A stretch of 63,478 nt of DNA, counting the filler, from Salisapilia sapeloensis CBS 127946 (lineage: Eukaryota; Protista; Oomycota), in assembly GCA_023334545.1 (NCBI GenBank). It is 10 parts of 10 records of this genome, joined end to end, with 100 filler letters (N's around TTAATTAATTAA, not from the genome) between each part and the next. Parts side by side here need not be neighbours in the genome. Positions count along the whole stretch, not along the records: positions 45,711 to 48,636 come from JAADVB010000815.1; positions 48,737 to 55,908 come from JAADVB010000526.1; positions 56,009 to 57,467 come from JAADVB010001140.1; 7 more parts are not named here. One strand, 5' to 3'. Under the pieces are notes generated by a model, which saw only the letters and a list, made by a program, of their open reading frames with translations, was not told the origin of the DNA and ran no database searches. The stretch's first letter is position 1, and the number at the start of each line of letters is the position of its first letter. The translations under genes were made by a program, and so were the position numbers. Below are positions 45,866 to 57,567 of this stretch, in pieces.

Positions 45866-46933
45866 TTACTCCTCGTCCAGGATCGTCGTCTTGATCAGAC
45901 GAGACGTGACCACGTACGGATCCATGTTGGACGCCGGGCGACGGTCCTCAAAGTACCCCTTGCCGTTCAACTCGGCCTCGCGCGGAATGCGGATCGACGC
46001 GCCGCGGTTCGCCACGCCATACGAGAACTGCTCGATGCTCGCGGTCTCGTGGCGACCCGTCAGACGACGCTCGTTACCCGCGCCGTACGCAGCAATGTGC
46101 ACCTTGTGCTTGAGCTTGAGCTTCTCAATGGCCTCGATGATCTTGGCCATGCCGCCTTCCTCACGCATCTCCTTCGTCGAGTAGTTGGTGTGGCACCCGG
46201 CGCCGTTCCAGTCGCCCGGAATCGGCTTCGGGTCCCACGACACGTTCACGCCAAAGTCCTCGCACACGCGCAGGAGAATGTAGCGAGACATCCACATGTG
46301 GTCTCCAGAGTCGATGCCCTGGCACGGACCCACCTGGTACTCCCACTGTCCAGCCATCACCTCGGCGTTGATGCCCGACACGCGGATGCCGGCGTACAGG
46401 CACGCGCGGTAGTGGCTGTCGACGATGAGCCGACCGTACGCCGAGTGCGTACCTGCGCCGCAGTAGTACGGACCCTGTGGACCCGGGAAGCCGTTCTTGG
46501 GCCAGCCGAACGGCGTCTGGAAGTCCTCCTCGAACAGGGTGTACTCCTGCTCGATGCCGAACCACGGCTCCGTCGCAGCAGCGTCCTTCATGACGCGCGC
46601 AGCCTCGTTGCGCGTGTTGTTCGCGATCGGCGTCATGTCCGGCTTCATGCACTCGCACAGGACGAGAATGTGCGGGCCGCGGCGGAACGGGTCCTTGAAG
46701 ATGGCCGCCGGCTTGAGCAGCACCTCGGAGTCCTCGCCCGGCGCCTGGCCGGTGGACGACCCGTCAAAGTTCCAGATCGGGAGCTCGTCCACGGACGACG
46801 GCGCCTTGGCGAGCGTCTTGGTCTTGCACCGAAGGTCCTCGCCGGAGCCGCCGATCCAGACGTACTCGGCGAGGACGGCGCCCTCGATCTCGAGGTCCAT
46901 GTAGCTGTCGTAGACGGTGCGGTCGAGCTTCAT
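45866..46933 (-). CDS. GLN1: Glutamine synthetase type II
   Basis: [72 protein letters not shown]. 355 aa, intronless, strong GC3 bias. Confidence 0.98.
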   Translation of the reverse strand: MKLDRTVYDSYMDLEIEGAVLAEYVWIGGSGEDLRCKTKTLAKAPSSVDELPIWNFDGSSTGQAPGEDSEVLLKPAAIFKDPFRRGPHILVLCECMKPDMTPIANNTRNEAARVMKDAAATEPWFGIEQEYTLFEEDFQTPFGWPKNGFPGPQGPYYCGAGTHSAYGRLIVDSHYRACLYAGIRVSGINAEVMAGQWEYQVGPCQGIDSGDHMWMSRYILLRVCEDFGVNVSWDPKPIPGDWNGAGCHTNYSTKEMREEGGMAKIIEAIEKLKLKHKVHIAAYGAGNERRLTGRHETASIEQFSYGVANRGASIRIPREAELNGKGYFEDRRPASNMDPYVVTSRLIKTTILDEE

Positions 46934-47016
46934 TGCAGAGGTAGTGGTAGTGGTGGTGGTTCCGAAAGAGAGGAAAGGTCAAGTGGATGCCGCTGCGCGT
47001 GCTTACTCGGCGAGGC

Positions 47017-47032
47017 AAATCCAAAAATGAGC
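47017..47032 (-). promoter_or_regulatory. Oomycete Inr/FPR-type core promoter motif
   Basis: GCTCATTTTTGGATTT on the minus strand, 84-99 nt upstream of the GS ATG, fits the oomycete transcription-start consensus GCTCATTYBNNNWTTY. Confidence 0.7.
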
Positions 47033-47660
47033 TTTGGCGGATGGATCCTCAGGTTGATGCGCAGAGCAGAGCAGACCGGACAGGCGCCATACTGGGCGCA
47101 AGAGCGGCCCCAAGCGATATGATATGGAAGGCCGCCCGACTCTGCACGCGCGCGAAAGACTGAAGATGAGTATGGCTGCACCCTTTACTGCCGAGTGTTG
47201 CAAGACGGGCCCGCGAAGCCATCTCGCGCGATATTTGCGCAAATGGGTCGGAGCATCGCGTTCAACCCTCTTGCGTTCCCCTGAACGACGCCCGAATCGC
47301 CCGCGCACAAGCGTCACGCAGATTTGTTATTGGTCCTATCCGTTTTGTATTGAGTTTTAGCTGTCCGTTTTGCCTACTCTGTTCTTGGATGGCGCTGCCC
47401 ATCTCCCTCCGCTTCTGAGGTAACCTCGCGCTCTTTGATGAGCGAGCTACAGTCATCCGTCGACATGCAAAACGCCCAGCGAAGGCACACGCGGACGACA
47501 CACCGAGCGAGGATTCGCGCCGCAGGGTTGTGGGGGCGACGTGGCCCGCAAGAAATTGCGCACAAATCGCACTGATAACGACGGCTGGGTGCAAAGTCAG
47601 GGTTTCCCGACTACGTTTCAAAAGTAAGAGGCCGCGTGTGCATCTCTGATCGTACAACGT

Positions 47661-48311
47661 CTATTCTCTATAGTGATGTCTCCTCTTCCGGCGGTCTCGA
47701 CCGCTATCCGACTCGGGCGACCGGTGCCGCCTGCGTTTCTTTTCCTTCTTCCGGCGTTTTCGGTCGCTCTTCTTTCGGTGACGACGCTCTTCGTCGCTGC
47801 TGCTATCCGATGAGCCCGAGCCAGACGCTGCTTCGTGCGCATCGAGCCCACTGCGGTCGGTCCCACTCTCCGAACGCTTCGTCTTCTTCTTCTTCCGGTG
47901 TTTCCGGTCTCTCTTCTTCCGGTGCCGACGCTCCTCTCCACTACTACTATCGCTGCTGCTATCGTCGATCGCATCCGAGTCGGAATCGTTGATAGCCGCC
48001 AGCGCCTGGGGATTGAGACCACTGTTCTCTCCCCCAGTCTTGTACCTTTTCGTCTTCTTGTCCTTCCGCTTCGACTTGCGCATCGAAGTGTTCCTCGACG
48101 CGTCCAACTGCTCTCGGAACGCCTGCGTGTGGGCGGATGAGGGATCGGCGGCAGCCTCCGCCTGCAGTTTCTTCAGCTGCGAGCCCACGAGCGAGTCGTA
48201 GATCTTCTTCATCGTCTCCTCTGCATTCTTCGGCTTGGCCACCTTGGACTTGCCGTGGTCCTGCGACGGATGTCGCTGGCAAGTACCCGTGTAGCATTGC
48301 GGACACGCCAT
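47661..48311 (-). CDS. Small K/R/S/D-rich, probably nuclear protein with an N-terminal C-x2-C-x4-C-x2-H motif
   Basis: MACPQCYTGTCQRH, then a coiled coil and a duplicated SSS..EERRHRKK.DRK block. CCAAT upstream. Confidence 0.75.
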   Translation of the reverse strand: MACPQCYTGTCQRHPSQDHGKSKVAKPKNAEETMKKIYDSLVGSQLKKLQAEAAADPSSAHTQAFREQLDASRNTSMRKSKRKDKKTKRYKTGGENSGLNPQALAAINDSDSDAIDDSSSDSSSGEERRHRKKRDRKHRKKKKTKRSESGTDRSGLDAHEAASGSGSSDSSSDEERRHRKKSDRKRRKKEKKRRRHRSPESDSGRDRRKRRHHYRE

Positions 48312-48636
48312 ACCTCCTGATCGTCTACCGGTTTCGTTGAGCGTGGGCGGATCTGATTGGCTGGCGTCGCGCTAAAGCGTACGGTTTATGTTCTCTCGCT
48401 GTAAAACGTAGGTATCCAAGAGCTGTTCGTTCCTGAACTGGTCACCAGGTGACGAACAGCTAAATATGGACACGCTCCATGGCTTGGGATAACGCTGTGT
48501 CAAGTATCCGCTAAAGAGTGTCCTTGTAAGGCTTGGAGGTAGCTTCATTGCCGTCCAGAGACGTTGTCAGGCGCAGAATCAGACATCCGTTCCGACCGAA
48601 ATGTTGATGCACAGCCTGCTTCAGAACAGAGACCAG

Positions 48637-48736
48637 NNNNNNNNNNNNNNNNNNNNNNNNNNNNNNNNNNNNNNNNNNNNTTAATTAATTAANNNNNNNN
48701 NNNNNNNNNNNNNNNNNNNNNNNNNNNNNNNNNNNN
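48637..48736. other. Artificial contig spacer
   Basis: N44-TTAATTAATTAA-N44. Confidence 0.99.
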
Positions 48737-51700
48737 GCGATGGATTGCTCGACTTGAGTCGAGAAGTCAGTAAGGTGGTTGCAGGCGCATACAGTATACA
48801 GACCGTCTGCGGTAGTCCCGTTAACGTAGCAGCCATTGGAAGACCAGTCTCCAATATCACTGTCCCAAAAGCGACAAGATGGGAAGTTTACTGGGCAAAC
48901 CACTGAACCTTCGTAAGTCTGATTCCCCGTACAGTTCACTGTGACTGCCGTCTCAGCATCAGGACAGTCAAACGATAGGACTTGTGGAACGCCTTCCTCG
49001 CAAACATACGACTGGTTCGAGCCGTTCGAGGCAAGAGCTGTCTGTAAGTCGGTCATTGGCTTCTTATTTCGAAGCAGGATGAGAAACGGTAAGGATAGGT
49101 TGCTGACGCCAACGGAATCACCATCTTGCTGTACCCGGACACTAGTCACCGGGGAATTGACCTTCGCTCCTGTGTATTTGTAGGGATTCTTCGAAAAGAC
49201 GGCGGATTGCACGTCAACCGCACCATTGTTGCCATCGCCACTTCCGCTCTCGCTTTCGCTGGAGCTGGGTCGAGATTGGTAAATAGCGGAGGCAAAGCCG
49301 ACTGGAATCTCCGTTTTTGGAGGGGCGTAACCCGCAGCGGTTTCTTTCTCGGTAAGTGGTAACTCCACAGACATACCTTCTAACTGATCGGGGTAATCAC
49401 GTTTCCCTGAAAGACGAAGGTTCTTTGACGTCAATGAAACAGGGCGTTGACCAGGAACGGCATCGGATATCATCGCAGACTGAAGCTTACTGATTGTTGT
49501 CTGGATTTGCGCTAGCCGAGCTGGAGCTAAGCTCGACACAACCGTCGCGTTACTGGAATTCGTAACTTGGGTAGACGTATCATTTGCTGTATCAATGCTT
49601 TGGTTACCACCCGTCTCATCCCTACTTCCACTGGCCGAGTCGGTCTGAGTCAGACGACGAGTAGTGGATACCAACGAGCCCGCATTATCTACACCGACGG
49701 AAAGCAAATTAGATATCGTGTTCCCTACGGCACTTGTAGCCGACGGGGACAGACTGGGGGCATCAACGAGGCTGCCCACAAGGTTCCATGCAGTGTCTTG
49801 TGCTTCTGCGTCCAGCACTGTAGCTGCTTTCGTCAGCGTGGAAATGCTCGATGCCTGCTGCTCTACTGCATTCGCATCAGAAGTATCGACTGACTTGGAA
49901 GATGTGGCCATTGCTGCAATCAGGTTACCGACCACCTTTTGCTTGGCTTTGAATTGCTTTTTCGTCATGCCACAGTTGGAACCGAAAGTATCATCGGGAC
50001 AAATGCATGCTACTTCGCAGTCCAAATCGGTTGCAAGACACTCGACTGGATCACGCTCACATGTCCCAACGCCTGCACATTCAACACCATCAAGGGTAGG
50101 ACAGCTTTTCAGCACTCTAACTTCTTCTGTCGACGTTGAAGCCGAAAGAGATTGTGGATCATCTACTTCTGCCTCCTCTTCGAGATCGCTCGCTATCATG
50201 TCACCTATGGCATTGATAGCAGTGAGCACTTTGGCAGGATCCCCTGTCATCGATTCTGCCAGCATTTCATCTGTCTTATCTGCGAAATACGTCTCTTGCT
50301 CTTCTTCCGACATCTCTCTTTGCTCCACGGTTATTTCCTGTGTATATCTTGTCTCTGCACCGAAAGCGTCCTGAACGTAAAGAACAACAGTGACGACGTT
50401 GTCGTCTCCCTCGCCCATGGCAAGAATCGAAGAAAGCTGCGGCTCTAGAGATGCAGGTCCTAGACTCATTTCTATTTTCTCTGGCGAATCTCGGCCCTTG
50501 ATATACTTGTAACTGTACAAGAGAGGAAGATCCTCATCCACCCAGTTTGTCGTCGACATTTTAAAATCCGTTTCGACTGCATATCCAGACAATGGCGACA
50601 CAGTAAAGATGCCGCTGGTTGGCGGTGCGTTCACCTTGACTAGCACAGTTGAAGATGCAGAGGCACCAACACTGTCTTCTGCATACAGCATGAGCTCGTA
50701 TGTTGCGCCCTGAGTCAAGCTATTTTTGCGCAGAACCATTGTCAGCCGGTTCCGCGGTGGAATATCAAATATGGCTGCTGCTTCTTCTGGCGTTGCACCG
50801 ACAATGGACCATTCTGTATAGACGATGGGCAGCGTGGATGACACACTACCCCTCAGTATCGTGTTATCGTTCACATTGACTTTCGACGAGACCAGTGGCG
50901 CGATTCCAACGGTAGGTGGTGATCCTGGTTCTGTGGTGATCACGACAGAGGATCCACTCGTACGAATGTCTTTGCTAATCTCCACAACGAACAAATAGCG
51001 ATTTTCTGGTAGAAGCACTCCTGCTTGTACACTCAAAACCGAACTCGTCGCATCATTTAAATCTAGCTCGCTTCCGTCGATCGTCATGCACGAGGCGTTG
51101 TAAGCGCCAGCATCGAGCCTCGCACAAGACCAAGTGAAATTGATCAAATCAAGCGACCCAAGCTGATCATCGGGATCGCTAGAGCCGGACGCGTCCAATA
51201 GTAGCTCTTGCTCTATACCAGCACTTCGATTGCCGCCAGCAATACTGGCTACTAGGTCACTGGCAAGGACTTGTACCGCCACATCAGCTGAGTTCTGAAT
51301 ATCTGGGTTTGACACGATAGAGACGACGAGACGGAATACGTAGTTGACCCCAGCGGTCAGCGTGCCAGCAGCGAGCTTCAGCTTACGTGGGTTCGGACTT
51401 GTCGATTCCAGCACTTCCAAATCGCCTTCCACTTGTTGCCATACAAACGCCATGTCGATCGACGACGCATCTAGGTTCGTGCTTCCATTACCACTGCAGG
51501 ACGGGAAATCTGCTTTGGCAGTGATGCGCATTGGTTTCGCTCGGTAGACCACCTGTATTCCACCGCCTTTTATTGCCACAGACGGCAACGGCATCGCTGA
51601 CTTTGTCACCATCACGACTGTTGAATTGGCTATAGCTCCGAAGAAATTTTCTACCTGTAGCATGATTTCGTACGACGCACCCGATGTCAGATCACTCGCG

Positions 51701-54700
51701 TCTACTTCCAGCGATGCCAAGTTTGTCGCCGACGCTGCTGCTATCAGGCTTTCAACAATAGCTAGAGTTTCATTTGCACCAGTGGATTTTACGAGGAGCC
51801 ACTTGTATCTCATCGGACGACCACCCGAGCCAGATGAACCAGATCCGTCTAAATACAAGTCGTCGCACATTCCGAGCGATGTGGCACCACTGATGAAAGC
51901 GATAGGCTGTGGAACGATCTCTGGTGCAGATATAACAATACTCAATGCCGCAGTATAGATAACAGCTTCAGGTGTTGACCTTAGCACGCCGCCCTTCAAG
52001 GACAGCTGCGATCCTGGGGCCACATTCACCCCGCTTCCAAATACCATTCGTATGCCTGTGTCGTCCGCTAGCCATATACAGGTAGGGCTACGACCAAAGT
52101 AGTTGGAAGATTCTACGCCGGGGAGATCGAACAAAAGACTACAGTCGGAAATATCGTCTGGAAGATCTGACCTGTCCACCACTCGGTCAAACGTAACCCG
52201 AATTCCCTCCGCTGTATCAAGGAATTTAGCCGACAGCAGCTTTGGTGGTGGCGTAGTGTCTTGGGTTTCGACAATTTTCACCTCCAACCGACTTGGCGCT
52301 AAGGCGTTGTATTTCGGATCACCATTGGATGCTACGGAATGCTGCAGCTCTCCAAAATGATCTCCTTCCTTCACACTGTCATCTTCGCATCGAACTAAAA
52401 CTGTCTGTGCAATATCCCAAGCGTTTGCCTGGAACACCAAGCTAGATGGCTCGACGACTACTTTACTAGGAGAAGCAGATATCGATATTGCTACATCTGC
52501 AGTAGGTTGAGATAAGAGAGCGATACTGTATTCGTCCGAAAACACGTTTCCTTCCGCGACAACAAGAGCCGGTGCTGTTGATCGAATGCCTTGGAACAGA
52601 AGTACTCCTGATGTGTCATCGTCAACGACGACTATCGTCACTGAGCTTATACTGAACTCGTTGTACAAGTTATCCTCAGAAGCAACCGTGAATGCAAAGG
52701 TGACATCTTCGTTACCATCATCGAATTCATTTCCAATGGCGGCAATGCCGACAGACTGTGGGGAGCTCCAGTCCTCTGCTGTGAACACGATCCGACTTGG
52801 TTTGGGTACAGCTCGACTGTCCTTCGAGCTTGACATGGTAACTGTTACCGTGGATAGCGGGGCACTTAGTAGGTTGAGCGTTAGTGGGAGTACAGTATCT
52901 TCCACTGCGCTGCCGGATAGTGGCACGACACCAACAGCTGCAAAGAAGACTTTAGTCGATGCACGAGCGATTGATGAAGTATTTGAAGATGCCATCGTCA
53001 TTCTCGCGTTCACTTCGACCTCGGCATACTCGATTGGCACAGTAGCCATGACTGTGAGGCTATCAAAGTATGATGGATCGGGTAGCCACGCACCGCGCAG
53101 TGCCGAAATTGGATCTTGCTCAAGAGGTAATTCACCGTCCCGCCATTTGAACCGGATTTGGTCTGGATTTTGGCAAGCCACAAATACATCGACACTTGAC
53201 TCATTGCGCTTCGACTCGACCACTTCAATGCTGCGAATACCAACCTCAACCCAATCGTACAGCTTCCCACGTGTGTTCTCGAGGATAAGCTCTGGAGCTT
53301 CAGCGATAGGAATGAAACTAAGTTCCAACTCTACCGATCGCCACGTAATATTGCCGTTGCTCCGCTCTGTCGACAAAGCAAATACAGTAATGTTGGCCGT
53401 GCCAAACCATGACTGTGTCGGGATTACACGGAATGTGAACGACCCTGATGAAGTGACGTTTGGGTCTGCAACTTCAAACGTGGTAACGTTACCCGCCGTC
53501 GGAGTAAACTGCAGCCCTTCCTTATTTTCAACTCCGGCGATGACGAGACCACCCGTCGGATCGTTTATCCGTAGAGAGAGTATTTCGGAGTCATCCATAT
53601 CTGTAAGAGATAATGAATCGATAGTAACTTCCACAGAATCATTTTGATTTGCGGTGTACTGGAGCTGCGAGACCTTAAGTGTAAGGGGGTCTGCAACAGC
53701 TGCAACAACAATAGATAGTAGTGCTACTGTCCTTTTGGACACCAATGTATCGAACGCTAGCGTCTCGACGAAGACGCTGAGCTCAATATCTCCTGAAAAA
53801 TCTTTCGTGGGTAGTACTTCGACTAAAATATCCTCCACTCGAGCCACTCCGCTTCCAGGTTCTACGATACTTACTGCTACACTTCCCGAAGTTAAGTTTT
53901 CCGGTTTGAACGCCACACTCTCGCCAGCTATTTTCAAAGATTCCACGTGATCAAATGGAATCGTGAGGCCGAGCTGGATCGTCTCCGGGTCAGCAACGTT
54001 GCTTGAAATAGCCGCTAAGGCAATCATAAATGATGCAAAAGTGTCTTCGGTTGCTTCAATACGCGTATCACTGAGAACTAACAAAGGTGCAGTCGGTTCG
54101 GGGATGGTGCCCAGCTTTACAACTGCGGTCACAGAAGATATCGCTTCCCGCTCCTCCGTCGTTGCCTGCTCCGTATTGACAATTCGGAACTGGATTGTCA
54201 AAGCTCCCGTGAACGACGCGTTCGTCATGAATGTAGTCACATATTCGACTTCATACACTGTACTATTATCCGGTGCTAATACTGCCAACGGCACATTTGC
54301 TGCTGTACCAGTAAAGACATCTATCAGAGATCCGTCTCTTACACTTTGAACACTAACAAAAGAAATTGCAGGGTTCCCGGTGAAAATCTCTAGCTCCAAC
54401 ACTTCAGATCCGTCTGTATCAGGTGTCCAAGCGCTCACGTTAAAACTGAAAGTCGACTGAGGGTTAATTACTATAGACTGTGGTGAGACAGAGAGCGTTG
54501 GATCGTGGCAAATGGGCTCAAATTCCGCCATCATGGACATCGTCTCAAGTTTGTCTGCCATTGAGTAGAACAAGGTTTCATTCAATTCACCGTCCGCCGT
54601 TGCTGTTTCTGCAGATGCAGCACTTATCTGTATGCTGATGTCACCACTGAATCCAACCACAGGCTTGACTTGTAGAGTACCCGAAAGGTCGGACATATTG

Positions 54701-55908
54701 CTTTTCACCAGGAAGACAGAGGTTGTGCCGTTAGTATTTGTTTCATTCGTTGCACTCAGACTTGTTGTAAATGGCGCAATTGCTGAAGCGTTCCACTCTA
54801 CCCAGGCAGCACTAGATGTGGCCAATGTAAATGTGTCGACCCATTCCAAGCTCTCGACAAATTCTGCGTTTTCTCCTAGCATAATTGCCAAGTACAGTAT
54901 CTCAGACCCGTCTCTATCTACAAGTGACGCATTAATCGCATCAGATGTAGCTATATCGTCTTCTAAAGCTGTGAAGACACTAGTCGAAATAAGTAGCTGT
55001 GGTGGCGTCGGATCTGGTGAGACGATAACATTAAACGGGGCACTGAATGAGTCTGTCGCATTCCGAAGGACATTCGTTTCTATTGCCGTCACATCAATGT
55101 GGCATGCAACTTCTCCCGCATAATAAGGTATAGGTATCAATTCTAGCGAAAAAGAGTTATTCGGCAGAAGCTCTGCGTCACGAGGAAGGGCCACTAATGG
55201 CCACTGGATACTTTTTAGATTTGTCGAGTTGCTGGTAGCGTTGACTTCCATACTTCCAAGCACCGATGCGTTATCCACTTTCACCTCCATCCAGACGTTT
55301 GCAGAGCAGACAAGTTCTACCAATATGCTTTCCGAGCCATCCAAATCCAGCAGCTTCACATTCTTGATTTCGAACTTCACCGGTGCGTTCTCATTCACCT
55401 CATAAAGGGATTCTGGAACTTCAATATGAGGCGCCTGCGCGCTTGTTTCGATCTCAGCCCATTCGACCTCGAAAGTCTGAAGCAAAGTGACAACTACAGA
55501 TAAACTGCTCCGCAGCCTAAATATGAAACGAAATGTTCCAGTCATCCGTCCGCCATATATACTTGTGTGAGCCGACGGATACACCATCACTATAGCAGTG
55601 CTCTCCCTTAAACTCTGCAGCCTCGCCTCAAAGATGGACTTCTTTGGCCAAGCCATTGCGACATCGTAGCTAGCATTCGAATCAACAAGCTCCACGCCAG
55701 ACACCACGTGATCCTTAACCGCTACCGGAACACTAACAACCCCATCTAGCGCCCACGCGTCTGACCACCACGACCCGCTCAATGAAGCGTCGCCCACCGA
55801 GACGGAAACCACTTCGCCCGCGCCAGCACTCACACGCACCGGACTCGTCAGCGCACTCGACAGCGAAGGAGACCGGGGGTCCATCGCAAACACCACCTCC
55901 TGTACGAC
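48737..55908 (-). CDS. Giant polycystin-1/REJ-like cell-surface protein, partial at both ends
   Basis: One frame is open across the whole contig. Cadherin-like DxDGSE repeats, two Calx-beta-like units, REJ-like region (LDGSGSSGSGGR, LDASGSSDPD, WVDEDLPLLY), EGF-like Cys cluster, and GPS motif CRFWD...WSSNGC...CACNHLTDF. Confidence 0.85.
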
Positions 55909-56008
55909 NNNNNNNNNNNNNNNNNNNNNNNNNNNNNNNNNNNNNNNNNNNNTTAATTAATTAANNNNNNNNNNNNNNNNNNNNNNNNNNNNNNNNNNNN
56001 NNNNNNNN
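55909..56008. other. Artificial contig spacer
   Basis: N44-TTAATTAATTAA-N44. Confidence 0.99.
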
Positions 56009-57467
56009 AAAAAAGTAGTAATAAATAATATTTGCTTGTAGTAAAAACAGCTTAGCGTTAATGTCACATCTAAACAAACATTGATGCTTTAAAAGGACAA
56101 TTTTATGTCAGTAATATGGTTCTGAAAACTTCCTCTTCATAATATAATAATCATTATTGTTAAAAAACAGATTTATTTACATGTTGTATCACAATAAAAT
56201 GCAACATGCTCGTATACAAAACTAAATAAAGACAAAAATATATAAACTATAAATTCGATTTAAATTTAAAGCACAAAATAGCGTTGTAGACATTTAGATC
56301 AGTTTAATATAATAATAATAATCCTTTCTAAAGAAAACTGTTTTTTAAATCTAAAATATATTCTAATAATCATTTACTTACCATTGATATAGTAAAAAAA
56401 GTTATTGGTAGCTTTCATGTAAAGCGTTGAAAATAAGTTTCATAAAGTAAACAATAATTTTACTGTATTCTTTAGAAAAACTTAAAACATACAACTCAAG
56501 TAATTTAGCTAGAAATAAAACAGTTACAAAAATATCCTAAATATTGCCTTTCATATACAAAGATAAGATATTTTAAATATTGTCATATCTTATATGTAGA
56601 TCATTACGGAAATGTAATTATGTTTGTGTAAGTTTCAAATTCGCAATAATATAATAAACAGCGGCACTATAATTTTTTTCAATATGTTTTTTAAGTGAAT
56701 ACTTTATAAATTTCTTTCATACTTAATTTGAGATTATAATTATGTATAAATTTGTGTCAATTAAATATTAAAGTTGTTTATATGGATTAACAAAATATGT
56801 GTTGTTGTAAAAGCTACGTCTCTGTACGTATTGAATAACTTTTTGTAGTAAATTTACCACTAAGTCATTTTTGATTCTTTTTTGTGTACAAATTTCTTAA
56901 ATATTGGTCATGTACCATTGATACAATCTAAATTTATTTAAATATTTATTATTTGTTCTCGTCATCAACCACATGTTGCCATTATTAATAAAACTAAAAA
57001 AGATAACAGCAATTTACCAAAAAATATTTAATAAAAAAATATATATTCATATAACCTTTTGTCTTACAAAAAAAACACAGAGATCTTGTAGTAAGTTAAA
57101 ATTTATATTTATAGTTATTCAGACATTTGTAATAAGTATAAGTATTTTAATGTTGTAGTATTTAGTTCGTACAATTACAGTTTTGTGCGGACCTACAATA
57201 TGTATAATAAAAAGTATAAATGTAAAAAGAAAAACATTATTATGCCATTATTATAATAAAACGTTTTTGACTTCCAATAATCCTTATTTGTTGACCTCTT
57301 TGTTTAAAACGTATATTTTGCGTAAAAAAAACGGTTAATATATTTAATTTTGGTCACTTATTTTATTAATATTGTGTTTTGACAAACATGTTGTGCTCAT
57401 TTAAAATTTCACCTATGTCTAAATGTGTGTTTACAATTTTAATGGTTTTATTTTTTTAATAAAAATT
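56009..57467. other. Very AT-rich contig with no recognisable gene
   Basis: Hand-counted lines give 9/60 GC (56221) and 15/60 GC (56581). The only ORF is a 61-aa I/K/F-rich frame, probably spurious. Confidence 0.9.
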
Positions 57468-57567
57468 NNNNNNNNNNNNNNNNNNNNNNNNNNNNNNNNN
57501 NNNNNNNNNNNTTAATTAATTAANNNNNNNNNNNNNNNNNNNNNNNNNNNNNNNNNNNNNNNNNNNN
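57468..57567. other. Artificial contig spacer
   Basis: N44-TTAATTAATTAA-N44. Confidence 0.99.

Noticed and set aside
45776-47122. 448-aa antisense ORF over glutamine synthetase, and similar ones at 57808-58899, 28137-29075, 6304-6936, 13901-14689, 25318-26103 and within 49664-55123
   Set aside because: These are shadow frames expected opposite GC3-biased or long genes. Their translations show no recognisable motifs.
48421-48461. 10-bp stem hairpin AGCTGTTCGT...ACGAACAGCT (a similar one at 39290-39333)
   Set aside because: Stems this short are expected by chance in 63 kb, and there is no supporting context.
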